A stretch of DNA of 64,000 nt from positions 16,492,001 through 16,556,000 of the forward strand of contig OX597823.1 in the NCBI GenBank assembly GCA_951406725.2, written 5' to 3'. Positions 52,321 through 64,000 of this stretch are shown one piece after another; position 1 is the stretch's first letter, and the number at the start of each line of letters is the position of its first letter. The stretch is from Octopus vulgaris. Taxonomy: Eukaryota. The notes below the pieces were generated by a model that did not search any database, had not been told where the DNA came from, and was given only the letters and a program-made list of their open reading frames with translations. The translations under genes and the position numbers were made by a program.

Positions 52321-53756
52321 GATTGGCAGAATTGATAGATAAAGCAGTTAGAATACTACATATTATTTAGCTGTATCATTCAACAAAGGAGTTGATTCTT
52401 TCCTCTTCAGTTACCAGTTGAGTCCTATGCTAATTAAATTATACTCTTCTCTTGTTAAATCTGAAGCTTTGTACTCATGTTTGAAATCATTTTTATTACA
52501 GGTGATAGATTAGCAGAATCATCAGAACATTGGAAAAAGTTACTTGCAGTATGTCATCAACTTTTTGTATTCTTGGTTCAAATCTTGTTGAGGTCAAATC
52601 TGTTTTATCCTTCTGGGAGTCAATAAAATAAAGTATCAGTCAAGTACTAGGGTGAATGGTATCAACTAATTTCCTCCCCTGAAAACTGCAGGGCCTTAAA
52701 TTAGGAACAGTTATTGTTATTATTATTGAGTGAGAGAGCAGTGCACGCCATCAAAGTGACACTGGGGTAAAATATACGAAGCCCAGTATACCCATCATGA
52801 CTACCCGTCTGATAAGGATACAATAACCACATGCATCACAACCATATGTGTGCAACACAGTGATCTCATATCAAGATAAACAGCACATGACCTTGCAGGT
52901 GGGGCCCAGTTAGAATCTTCTTCTGGTCGAGTAACCCATCACACTCAAAAGGTCCCTGAATAAGGGTTGTTTAAGGATGTTGAACGAAACACCCATGTTT
53001 CCAGAGGTGAATTATTTAAACCCCATTAAGGGTGGTAGATATAATCAAAACCAGTAAGAGACTACTAAATGACTTGTAGTATTTAGTTCCATCTCTTTTT
53101 ATACAAGTTTATGTTTTGCCACGATCTTCTTTTGACATTCAGTTCTCCTGCACTGACAAGGTAATTACCAGCTATATACTAAAGTCAATTAAACTGACTA
53201 CAGCCATTCTCTTCCTCCAGAAATCATCATCAGTACAGAGTGCATCAGTTTTTTGAAGACATCTCTTTCAAGAGCTCTGACTTCATTCTAACTTATTTCT
53301 TTTACTTTACTTTTCAGATAAATAATTTCAGACATTAGGTTGGCTCAGCAAATAAAATGGTACACTATAATCATTGCCTTCAGAGCACAACATAGTGATA
53401 CAGAGATAACTCCCTTCCCAAAAGTTGCCCAACCCTTCGTTGTCAAAGTTCAAAAGGAGCTGGAAGCTGCTGATAGGGATCCAACATCAACAGTTAAACA
53501 CAAAACACATGCACAGGATCCTAATAACACGAAACACATACACTGGATCAGAATACATAACTTTGTACAAAATGTCCAAGAAATAACTGATAAAAGCCCC
53601 AGAAAGTCAATCGGAGCCATTGCAAAGAACCCCAGGTTGTCAGAATGCACCATCAGAAGAGCTGAGCATAAAGATGCCCAGTACAAGTCGTATGTGATGC
53701 AAAGAGGTCAGTTGTGACAAGAGAGAATCATTCAATCTGTGCAAAGTGCTTGTTAA

Positions 53757-53979
53757 CCCTTTTGTTACCAACCCGGCTGAAACCTGCTCTGGCTCTGAGT
53801 ACAAATGTCTTGTTTTCATAAGTTTTGAATTAAAATCTTTCACCAAACCTTAGTCACAATTTATGTTCCTGACACTAGCTGAATGATAATTAAGTTATTT
53901 TACTAAATTCTTTGTTATATTTAAAATTAATTGAAAGAAATACAGAGCATCTCAAAAAAAAAATGCAGAAATGAAAGGG
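53757..53979 (+). mobile_element. piggyBac-type MITE family 1
   Basis: TTAA TSD (53753-53756, 53980-53983) with CCCTTT/AAAGGG termini. Confidence 0.85.
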
Positions 53980-54043
53980 TTAAACAAGTTAAAGCACCAA
54001 GAAGCTGGAATGCTTTGGTTTTTCTTTGATGAGAAGAACTTCG

Positions 54044-54525
54044 ATCATCATCATCATCATCATCGTTTAGCGTCCGCTTTCCATGCTAGCATGGGTTGGA
54101 TGGTTCAGCTGGGGTCTGGGAAGCCAGAAGGCTGCACCAGGCCCAGTCTGTTCTGGCAATGTTTCTAAGGCTGGATGCCCTTCCTAACGCCAACCACTCC
54201 ATGAGTGTAGTTGGTGCTTTTTACATGCCACCGGCACAGGTGCCAGACGGGGCTGGCAAACGGCCACGATCGGATGGTGCTTTTTACGTGCCACCAGCAC
54301 GGGGGCCAGGCGAGGCTGGCAACGGCCACGATCGGATGGTGGTTTTTATGTGCCACTGGCATGAGGCCAGTCGGAGCGGCACTGGCATGAGGCCAGTCGG
54401 GGCGGCACTGGCAACGGCCACGTTTGGATGGTTCTCTTACGTACCACCGACACTGGTATCACAGCTGCAATTTCCATTGATGTTGATCGATTTCGATTTC
54501 AATAGAAATTGCAGCTGTGATACCA
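54044..54525 (-). mobile_element. SINE/RTE-tail family D
   Basis: (CAT)n tail followed by the reverse-complement body. The 5' end has a short inversion (GGTATCACAGCTGCAATTTC / GAAATTGCAGCTGTGATACC). Confidence 0.8.
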
Positions 54526-56659
54526 AGGACCACAAAATAAACAAAAGGAATGACAGATGCTTATACAGAGACCCAAATGAGGTTCCAACAATCATGCATA
54601 TTAAGTTCTCAAAAACAATGATGGTTATGGAAGTCATCAACAACAAGGGAGATGTCATGCCTCTTCATTTTTTTTAACAGGGCTTAAGAGTCAATACCAC
54701 AGTCTACCTGGAGTACATAGAGGTGTTGGAGAAAGTTGTGAGAGCTTGGATAGACAGAATATTCAACAGAAGATTGTATGTATTCCAACTAGACTCTGCA
54801 TCACCTAATAAGGCTAAGAAATACCCAAGAATGGATGCATACCAATCTCCATTATCATATTCTCACCAGAACTCAGTCCACTAGACTATTACATATGACG
54901 CATAGTCAAGAAATACCCCCATAGCACCTTACAATCTCTGAAGTCTACCTTAATCAGCACTGTGTTCCAAATTGATAAAGATCATCTCATTCAGGCATGT
55001 CGACACTTCTAGCCCAGTGTTGAAGCAGCCATTAATGCTAATAATGGATTCATTGAACAGGTGTGAAAGAAGGATTCTTGAGATCATTTGCCCTAATTTG
55101 TTTTCATATATAGTTTTTATTTAATGAGGTATGGATTTTTTGGAAGTTAATACAAATGACCCAAAAAAAAAAACTGACACACCCTGTGATAGTAGTACTA
55201 TCATGAATTAGTGGATTTGAATACAGTACACTCACATTTTTGTCTATTAATTCTCACCTGAAGGGGCCTGTACACATTCTCTAATCCTGCTTGAGATAGC
55301 AGCCAAATCACCCTCGAATTACACCCTACTGTATTAAATATTATCAACTTAATCTTATATATACAGATTATATACAGGTCAAAGGTCTATGCAATCAGAG
55401 CTGACCTGCGATTACTAACACTACTATGATCAATGACCAAACAAGGTCTGATATGGCACTAAACAACAACATCCTTAGTTCTGTGGTACCAGTACCTAAA
55501 GAGGGTATTTTATGTGGTGTGTCAACAGTTTCAACCAACAAATTAGAAACATAGATTAGGTGAAATGGCTTTAGATCGAAAGAGAAAAATTGGTTCACAC
55601 AACTGATTGTTCTAGAAACTCTTATATTTCACTACTGCTATTTACATATTGCACATCTATGCAATTGGTTGACCTTCTAGAGGTAGCAGTCAAAACTCTC
55701 TCAATGCCCTGCTGTCATGAGAAAGGAAAAGAAAATGTTGGATAAAGATGAGATGGTTATGGCTGGAATGCTTTTAAGCCTTTCATTACTGTATTTATTT
55801 CGAGATGCTATGTGTTTCTTTCAATTACTTTAAATATAACAAAGAATTTAGTAAAAACAACTTGGTTATCATTAAGTTAGAGTTAGGAACATAAATTGTG
55901 ACTAAGGTTTGGTGGAAGATTTTGATTCAAAATTTATGAAAACAAGACATTTGTACTCAGAGCCAAAGACGGTTTTAGCCAGGTTGGTAATGAAAGGGCT
56001 AAACAGTACAGTTCTGGGGTTAAAAACCAACAAAATACTAGTTTTTCTTGATTTCACATAGAAACTACATATTTTAGAAGTAAGAAAAATGGGAAGTTAT
56101 GTTCTTTCTTTTCTCTGTGCTGGAAGCGAATGGTGAGATCAGATCTTGAGATACTGGGTATTATAAGCAAAATGAGGAATAAAACTTGATACATGTCAAT
56201 TTGCCAAGATGCAGACCCATCCATTACATACCAGCAAGAAAAAAAAAAAGAAAAAAAATTGGATGTTACAGGTCAATGGGGAAGTCTATGTGGCCTCTCA
56301 GTCTGATAGAAAAAGAAGTCAGATCTTCCTCCAAACACACAGCCATATTAGGAAGGAAAGATACTTTGGATAATGTAGTCTGATGTAAAGTATTATTGAA
56401 GTGGTAGGTCATGGGTGGAATGTCTTTTATCATAGGTCTGATTTTTCAGGGCTTGTCTAGGGCTAAACAACTGGAACAACAACTTTGCCTGTTAAAACAT
56501 TGGTGATGATGGTGGTGTTGATGGTGATGATGGTGATGGTGGCAGCAGTGGTAGCGACGGTGAGGGTGCCGATAAGAGAGATGATAATGATGATGGTGGT
56601 GATCGTAACAATGACTACTATGACAGGAGTAATGACGAGGTCAACAACAATGATAATTA

Positions 56660-57225
56660 TTGGGTTGTCCAGAAAGTTTGTGCCGATTTATAGTAGCTTA
56701 CCTTTCGACTTATTTTAGAACATGGTTGAGTCCATAAAATAGGATTTGACTCCACCTTCATTTAGAGCACAGTTTAAGCTATCTTTTTGTGGAAGAAGGT
56801 TTATGTTCCTATAACTTGTGTTAATTCTGTAACTCTTTAAAATGGAAGATAAGAAAGTTCATTTTTGGCACTTAATGCTTTGGGAACCAGACAAAAATTG
56901 CTGCAGCTTGGCTGGGATGTGTTACCCTACCCTCCATATTCACCAGATATTGCTCCTTCAGATTTCCACTTATTCAGGTCTCTGCAGAATAGTCTTAATG
57001 GTAAAAATTTCAATTCCTTGGATGACATAAAAAGATACCTTGATGAATTCTTTGCCATGAAACCACCTCAATTCTGGGAAGAGGGTATTTTCAAGTTAAA
57101 GGAAAGATGGAGACACATTGTGCAACAAAATGGTTTATATTTGGTTGATTAAAAATGTAATGGCAAGTATTTATTGACCCTTTTCTTTCCTTTAAAAATC
57201 AGTACGAACTTTCTGGACAACCCAA
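56660..57225 (+). mobile_element. internally deleted mariner element
   Basis: TIRs TTGGGTTGTCCAGAAAGTT / AACTTTCTGGACAACCCAA with TA TSD. Start MEDKKVHF is joined to the C-terminus LGWDVLPYPPYSPDIAPSDFHLFRSLQN. Confidence 0.92.
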
Positions 57226-58366
57226 TACAATGATAATAGTGATGATGATAATGATGATTTGTGATGCAAATAAAACAACTGAAACCAAACAAGGTTACTT
57301 GAGCTCTCAGATCCTATTCTATAAGTCATTTTGGTGACAATGGTAACGTGGTGCTGACTGTTGTCATTAGTTAGCCCCCAGGTAGACCTCTGATGAAAAG
57401 GCACCCAAGATATCACTTTCTTATCCTTTTTTCTTTCTTTTTTTTTCATGAATAATATACCCAATTATCCAATGTATCCATTATAAATTAGTAATGTGGT
57501 TTGAGGGAAATTTGGCTGCTATTTCTAGCTGATTGGGCAACTGCCTAACGATTCTTTTACTAGCTCAATGCTGTTTATTTTACATTATGAAAACTAACTA
57601 ACCTCTATATGGCCACTGAATATGCTAGAAATATCAAACAAATCTCAGTTAAATCACAGTCCACCATCTTAAAAGGAGAACATTGGATCATGTAGATTAA
57701 GATACACAATGTTAACATAGGAATCTACATGGTGACTTGACATGCTAGGGATAGCAATCAAATCTCCTTCAAATCATGCCATACCTCGTCTAAAAGTAAA
57801 AGATATAATGGATAAAATAGTCCTACATATACACTATGCCAACAAGGTAAATTTTACATGGTTGCTTAAAATCACACCCTACCATTTAAAGAAGAAAATA
57901 AGAAAGGACACAATGGATAATGTAGTCCTAGATACACTAAGTCCATAGTTGAAATGTCTGTATTAAAAGCCCTTTCCATTCAAAACTGATTTGGAATAGA
58001 ACAACATTAAAATGACAAACTAAAAATAATGTTTAAATCTGCTAATTAGGGAGCCTCAATATGGTTAAGCGATATGCTAGAAATAGCAAGAAAATTCCCT
58101 TCAAACCCTCTCACATCATCAAAAGAAAGTTAGGATACATTGGATAATGTAGTCCTGGATACAGTGTCCAAAAACATTTCGGATAGTCATGGCTGGAACA
58201 CTTTGATCATAGATCTGTTTGGCACTGACCTAGGACTATCCAACAAAAATAGAATGAACTATTTGAAGAGAGTCTTGTTTCAATCACATACACATACATA
58301 TACATCATGTGTGTATGTGTGTGAGTACTATATATATATAGACATGATACACATGCATACAGTATA

Positions 58367-59752
58367 TGAGAGTGGGTTGAAAAGTTCATAGGCTGACTAT
58401 GATGGAGTGATGCTATAGCTGTGAAATCTTGCATGCATTAATTTCAGCTCTCATCTAGAACTACATTGTTTCTTTCCAGATAAACTGGCATCTCACTGTT
58501 CAAAGAAGGCTTCAAAAATAACCAGAAGTGACTTCTCTTGAAAATGGTCAAAATTTGGTATCATGGTGTTATACTTGCATAAAAAAGGGTTTAAACCTCC
58601 AGCAATATTTGTGCTGACATTTTATGTTCAAACTAGTCAGATATGGTCATTCATAGCTACCTTATTGTGTCATTTTAAAAATAAAGAATCACATCATGGA
58701 AATCTCAAAGCCATGAAATGATGCAAGATTAATTTTACATGGTGTGAATACATAAGCTTTAATCTGAATGCAAAAGGGTTAAACCTCCAGCAATATTTGT
58801 GCTGACATGGTTGCTACAGTAGGGGATGACACTCCAACTTTATCAGCAGTGTAAAAGTGGCCAGTTGAATTTCACCACAGGTGATGGATGACAGGTGATT
58901 GACTATAAATCAAATAGCCAATGTCATTAGCATATCCCATGAGAGAGTTGAGAATATTCTACACAATGAACTTGGCATGATGAAGGTTTCTGCTCAGTGG
59001 CTGTCATGTCTTCTGACACCTGATCAAAAGCACACCAGACTGATAACATCACGGGGAAAATTTGACATTGTTTTGCAGCAGATCCTGCTGGTTTGCTTGA
59101 ATGTTTCCTAATTCAGGATGAGCATTCAGTTAATCACTTCGAGCCTAAGACAAAGACAATGCATGCTGTGGAAACACCCCTCCTCACCTGCTCCAAAGAA
59201 GGCCAAGATTATTTCATTTGCAGGAAAGGTGACGGCCACAATTTTTGAGGATGCAGAAGACATTGTATTTATTGTCTATCTTCAAAAGGGTCACACCCTC
59301 AATGGAAAGTACTATGCCAGCTTTCTGAAGCAGTTATGAAAGGCTATCAAGACCAAACACCCAGAAAACTGATGAAAGGGGTCTTGCTTCAAAAGGACAA
59401 TGCTCCTGCACACAAGTCCTTGGTTTCAATGGCTGCTGTGTGTGACTGTGGCTTTGGACTGGTTGATCAGCCTCCCTATTCTTCTGATTCTACCCAATCT
59501 GACTATCTTTTGTTTCCCAACATGAAAAAACACTTGGCTGGGAACCAGAATCACAATGATGATGACATCATGTTTGCTGTTGATGACTTTTTTTGATCAG
59601 CAGGAGGAAAGCTCCTTCACCATTGCAATCCAAGCAGTGCAACACTAATGGAAAAAGTGTGTGCACCACAAGGGGGACTATATTGAAAAACAAACCTCAC
59701 ACATCCCATGAAGGTATTTTGGTCAGCCTATGAACTTTCCAGCCAACACTCA
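58367..59752 (+). pseudogene. decayed mariner (irritans/Hsmar2-like) element with TIRs
   Basis: TIRs TGAGAGTGGGTTGAAAAGTTCATAGGCTGAC / GTCAGCCTATGAACTTTCCAGCCAACACTCA, TA-flanked. Motifs LGMMKVSAQW, AGKVTATIF, DNAPAH and PPYSSD..SDYLLFPNMKKHL. A MITE remnant lies at ~58590-58785. Confidence 0.88.
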
Positions 59753-60556
59753 TAGTTTGAAATATCAATCATTCATTTCCTTATTCTCTTTGAAGGGAAC
59801 TAACATAATTATTGTAGATCTAAGATAGAAATACATTCTTAAATGTACTTTGTTTTAATACTTTAGTCATCAAGAAGAGTCAGAGTCCATGTCATCTGCA
59901 GACCTTTCAGCATTCATGTGATCATGATATCTGCAAGAAAAATGTGAGGGACAGAGTTCCTGAGGTTTAAAACTCTGGTGAGGGAGAATTAGAAAAAGGG
60001 ATAAGTACATGCCCAAATGCAGCAACACAGTAAAGATGATGAAAGGAGGGAAAAATGTGTCAAGTAGGCCAGGGAGGAAATGATAGCTAGTTAAGAAAAG
60101 CAGAGGCCATTGTAGTAGTAATAGAATAGGAAGAGAAAAAGACAGGGTACAGTGTTGTTGTGGGCTGGTAAAGGCATCTTTGCTAATTAATTGAAAGGCA
60201 AGGATGAGTAACTGATCAAACCTAAAGTATTTCTGGTTCTATAAAAGAAGGCTAAATACTGACTTACAATTTGTACTTCTTTTATATACATGGGGTCACC
60301 ATGTATAAAACATAGTTATGTTGATAAGCAATTAGAGGAGCAGTGACCTGATCACAAGACCTGCTAAGAATAGCAGCAAAATTTCCTTCATGTCCCACTT
60401 TACCTAAATAGTGAGAAATAAAAAGGCACGACAATGAGGGTGAATGAGGCAGAACAAAGTACTAATTATAGTTCTATATCTAAGAGATGAGGAATTATGT
60501 ACATTATTTACATTATTTACATTTGATGGATATTTGTCCTCATCCTGTTTGCTGTT

Positions 60557-60602
60557 AACACAACGTTTCAGCTGATATAACCTCCAGCCTTCATCAGGTT
60601 TC
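60557..60602 (-). ncRNA. minimal hammerhead ribozyme motif (left arm)
   Basis: GAAAC-CTGATGA-A-GGCTG-N10-CAGCT-GAAA-CG-TT-GTGTT. The catalytic core is intact; stem I has one mismatch. Confidence 0.65.
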
Positions 60603-60649
60603 TTGGGGAAATTTCGAACCTGGGTTCTCATTTCTAAGGTATTTTTCAA

Positions 60650-60703
<54 letters not shown>

Positions 60704-60944
60704 CATTATTATTATTATTGTTCAGGTTACTGCCTGGAATTGAACTTGGAATCTTGGGGTTAGTAGCCTGTGCTCTTAACCACTATGCCATATGCCCGTG
60801 GACGTAGTGGTTAAGAGCACGGACTACTAACCCCCAAGATTCTGAATTTGATTCCAAGCAGTGACCGGAACAATAATAATAATAATAATAATAACATTGA
60901 AAAATACCTTAGGAATGAGAACCCAGGTTCGAAATTTCCCCCAA

Positions 60945-60989
60945 GACACCTGATGAAGGCTGGAGGGTATATCAGCTGAAAGTTGTGTT
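60945..60989 (+). ncRNA. minimal hammerhead ribozyme motif (right arm)
   Basis: GACAC-CTGATGA-A-GGCTG-N10-CAGCT-GAAA-G-TT-GTGTT. One stem III base is lost. Confidence 0.55.
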
Positions 60990-61349
60990 AGCAGCAAACA
61001 AAATGAGGACAAATATCCATCAAATGTAAATAATGTAAATAATGTAAAGTACTAATTAGTCAGATATTATTTATCAATCTCTATTTATACTTTTAATGAT
61101 AGATTTGTTCAGTCAGAATTGATTGAGAGTTAAACAACACCAACAATGGCATAGTTTTGCTGCATGATGAAATTAATATTCATATTGAGCTTTTAGCGGT
61201 ATAGTACTTGTATGAAGTGACTGTAAAGTTTAGAACTTTTTGAAGTTATCAATAGGGTTTAACTCATGCAGTTATGATGCTGAGAAAAAAAGACGGTATC
61301 TACTTCATATAGTTTGTGTATACTGGTGTTAGTTTGACACTCATTAAAT

Positions 61350-62140
61350 TGAGGATGATGATGAAAATGGATCAAAATGGTAATGAGAATGATAAAATTG
61401 ATGATGATGATGATGACAGCAGTGATGGTGAATGACGACAAAGATGACAATAACTGCAATTATATCAACAATAGTTATCAGGATGGCAATAGTAGTGATG
61501 ATGATAATAGTAACTGTGATTATTATTATGATAATAATTATGATAATAATTGGACAGTGATTATTATCAATATGATAATGATGATAATCATGACAATCAT
61601 TATTATGATGATGAAGCTGATGATAATGATAACTGATTATAATGATGATGATGACATGAGTGATGATGGGACGACAATGATGATAATGATGACGATGTTG
61701 ATATTCATTATGATATTGATGCTGCTGATGTTGGAGATGGGGTTGTCAAAGATTACAGTGATAGTGGTGGTTAAAAGAGAGAATGAGAAAGAAACTGTGC
61801 AAAGCTACCACGCCTGTTACAGTTGTCATGGTTAAAGTTCTTCCTGAACAGATGTGTTTAATCTTTGCAAACATGGATTAGAGATTAAAAGAACATTGAT
61901 AATAAATGACAACAGCGGTAATGATGATAGTGATAGTAATGATGGGTGTGATGACAATGAATACGACAAAGATGACGATACTGGTTTTAATGATGATGAC
62001 GTTGATGATGATGATATTACAATAGTGGTGGTGGCCATTATGAGAATGAGGATGACAATGACAGATGGATGATAGTTGTGAAGACAAGGATTGTGGCAGT
62101 GGAGGTGGTGGTGGTGGTGGTGGTGGTGATGATGATTTTT
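61350..62140. repeat. degenerate (GAT/AAT/GGT)n low-complexity tract
   Basis: Imperfect trinucleotide repeats that give M/D/N-rich pseudo-ORFs. Confidence 0.85.
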
Positions 62141-63316
62141 AACCATTATTTTTATCCTCTTGCTGTTACTGTTTCTAACACTGAATTATTGTCAAACATT
62201 GGGGTCATGTATAATTGATTAACAGACCCTTTCATTTTGACTGGTAATTATTACCTTGAAAGGGTCCCAGTAACTGCCTGGTATTTTATTTTATCAAAAT
62301 AAAGGGTAAAAGTTACAGTTGATCTTGGCAGGATTTGAACTCAGAACATAAAGCGCCAGAACAAAGGCTGCAAGACATCTTGTCCAATGCTCTAATGATT
62401 CTGCCTATCTGCCAGTCTAACAGCTCTCATAATAATCAAACTGAGGATGTCTTTGTTTTGCCATAAGAACAACAGATGAGGAAATATTACAAGGAGAAAT
62501 TGCAAATATGAAAAATGGAAAACAGAAATAAAGAAGACATAAGGAAATGAAATTGTCCCAGGAGGGTAACAGCCACTTACGGTCAGTCAGGAAACCTCAT
62601 AGATGAAGAATTATCCTGCTTACCAACAAGTGCCCTCTCCTAGTTGTGATCTTCAGCTTACAGTTACGTGCTGAGAATAGGGTAATTTACTTAAGCATTA
62701 TGTACCACTCTCATTCACCTTTCACCAGAGGGTAATACTCCTGCTTTACCCTTATCATCAGTTCCAGGATACTTACAGAAGCGGTGAAGGTTTGGATAAA
62801 GTACAAATTCTCTATTCTAAGTTTTCTCAATCTTGTTGTCCTCCACACAACTTTTGTTGTCATAGTCACAAGAAAGCAAACATTGTTTACATCTCCTTGC
62901 CAAAAGAAGGTGACAGAGCAAATATCATAATGAATTTAGTTAAAAATAATAACAATAAGTATTTATGTCACAAGTGCAAGGCTGTGTCTGTGGAGGAAGA
63001 GATGTAATCGGTTATATTGACCTTAGTATTTGACTAGTAATTATTAGACCGACCCTAGAATAACACAAAATTAGCTGCAACAGGATTTGAACTCAGAATG
63101 TAGATTTAACTAATTACAGCGATGTCTGTCACCTTACTCTGTTTGCCAATATATAAATATGCTAGTATCACCAGCTGTATATAAAAATGGCAACACCACT
63201 GATTGTATATAAAAATTGTAATATTGCCTGCTCTCTAATGATAACACTTCCAGCCCTTTGTAAAATCGACCAGCTGTTCAATAAAACTCTACTAGTCAGC
63301 AATTCTTAGACACTAA

Positions 63317-63701
63317 TGGAAGCACTCCGTCGGTTACAACGACGAGGGTTCCGGTTGATCCGATCAACGGAACAGCCTGCTCATAAAATTAACATGTAAG
63401 TGGCTGAGCACTCCACAGACACGTGCACCCTTAACGTAGTTCTCAGGGATATTCAGCGTGACACAGAGAGTGACAAGGCCGACCCTTTGAAATACAGGTA
63501 CAACAGAAACAGGAAGTAAGAGTGAGAGAAAGTTGTGGTGAAAGAGTACAGCAGGGATCGCCACCACCCCCTGCCGGAGCCTCGTGGAGCTTTAGGTGTT
63601 TTCGCTCAATAAACACTCACAACGCCCGGTCTGGGAATCGAAACTGCGATCCTACGACCGTGAGTCCGCTGCCCTAACCACTGGGCCATTGCGCCTCCGC
63701 C
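63317..63701 (-). mobile_element. tRNA-derived SINE family C
   Basis: Reverse complement of the 31414 copy. 13-bp TSD TCTTAGACACTAA (63304-63316, 63702-63714). Confidence 0.9.
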
Positions 63702-64000
63702 TCTTAGACACTAAACAAGTGTGTTGGATGACTTCAGTACCTTTCACACATCTTGGACAAACATGGCTATGGCACTATTCTGATTATAGAGTTTACTCTG
63801 AACTGGCAATATTCCCAAATAGTTATCAATATTGTCCTTAGTTACGAGGCTGAAAGTTCTCATGAAAAGATTATTCAGGTGATCTTTTTTAATGCCCAGA
63901 GTCCCTCACAAAGCATTGTCATTCTTCCCACCACAAAACCTACATAGAATGCAAGGGTTGGTGCGCCATCAATCATATTGCTCAACTGGTAGAGACCTGG

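Larger units (their letters stand above)
53340..55070 (+). pseudogene. decayed Tc1/mariner (maT/DD37D-like) transposase split by two insertions
   Basis: N-terminal HTH-like ORF 53340..53717, then LLNKLKHQEAGMLWFFFDEKNFD..DHKINKRNDR..KF..MVMEVINNKGDVMPLHFF..YVFQLDSA..SPLDY. Confidence 0.8.
60469..61045. mobile_element. head-to-head dimer of the tRNA-head/hammerhead Penelope-type module (family E)
   Basis: 13-bp TSD AAAGTACTAATTA (60456-60468, 61046-61058). Left arm minus (60469-60800), right arm plus (60801-61045). Confidence 0.88.

Noticed and set aside
58899-59596. SETMAR-like domesticated gene
   Set aside because: Frameshifted, with degenerate catalytic motifs, bounded by TIRs and lacking a SET domain: a dead mariner.
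61377-62146. Met/Asp-rich 150-aa protein
   Set aside because: Degenerate GAT-repeat tract with no splice or homology support.

Overview
AT-rich, microsatellite- and SINE-dense eukaryotic DNA; the repeat landscape suggests a coleoid cephalopod, probably Octopus (inference, not verified). One host gene is supported: a minus-strand glycosyltransferase family 7 (beta-1,4-galactosyl/GalNAc-transferase-like) gene with six coding exons (29629->9186), consistent GT-AG junctions and a predicted 369-aa type II membrane protein. The rest is intron or intergenic DNA filled with SINE families, decayed LINEs (RTE, CR1, Penelope-like), decayed Tc1/mariner elements, MITEs and two non-autonomous Helitrons. 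The most striking signal is a repeated ~250-330 bp module that joins a tRNA-like Pol III head to a minimal hammerhead ribozyme motif. It lies directly behind a probable Penelope GIY-YIG ORF remnant at ~49.0-49.4 kb, and at ~30.8 kb and ~60.5 kb it has inserted as inverted structures with 12-13 bp target-site duplications and a ~32-nt tail. Further hammerhead-like motifs from other families occur at ~7.8 kb and ~35.4 kb. Most ORFs in the supplied track are microsatellite or SINE artefacts. Coordinates were read by eye, and repeat boundaries are approximate.
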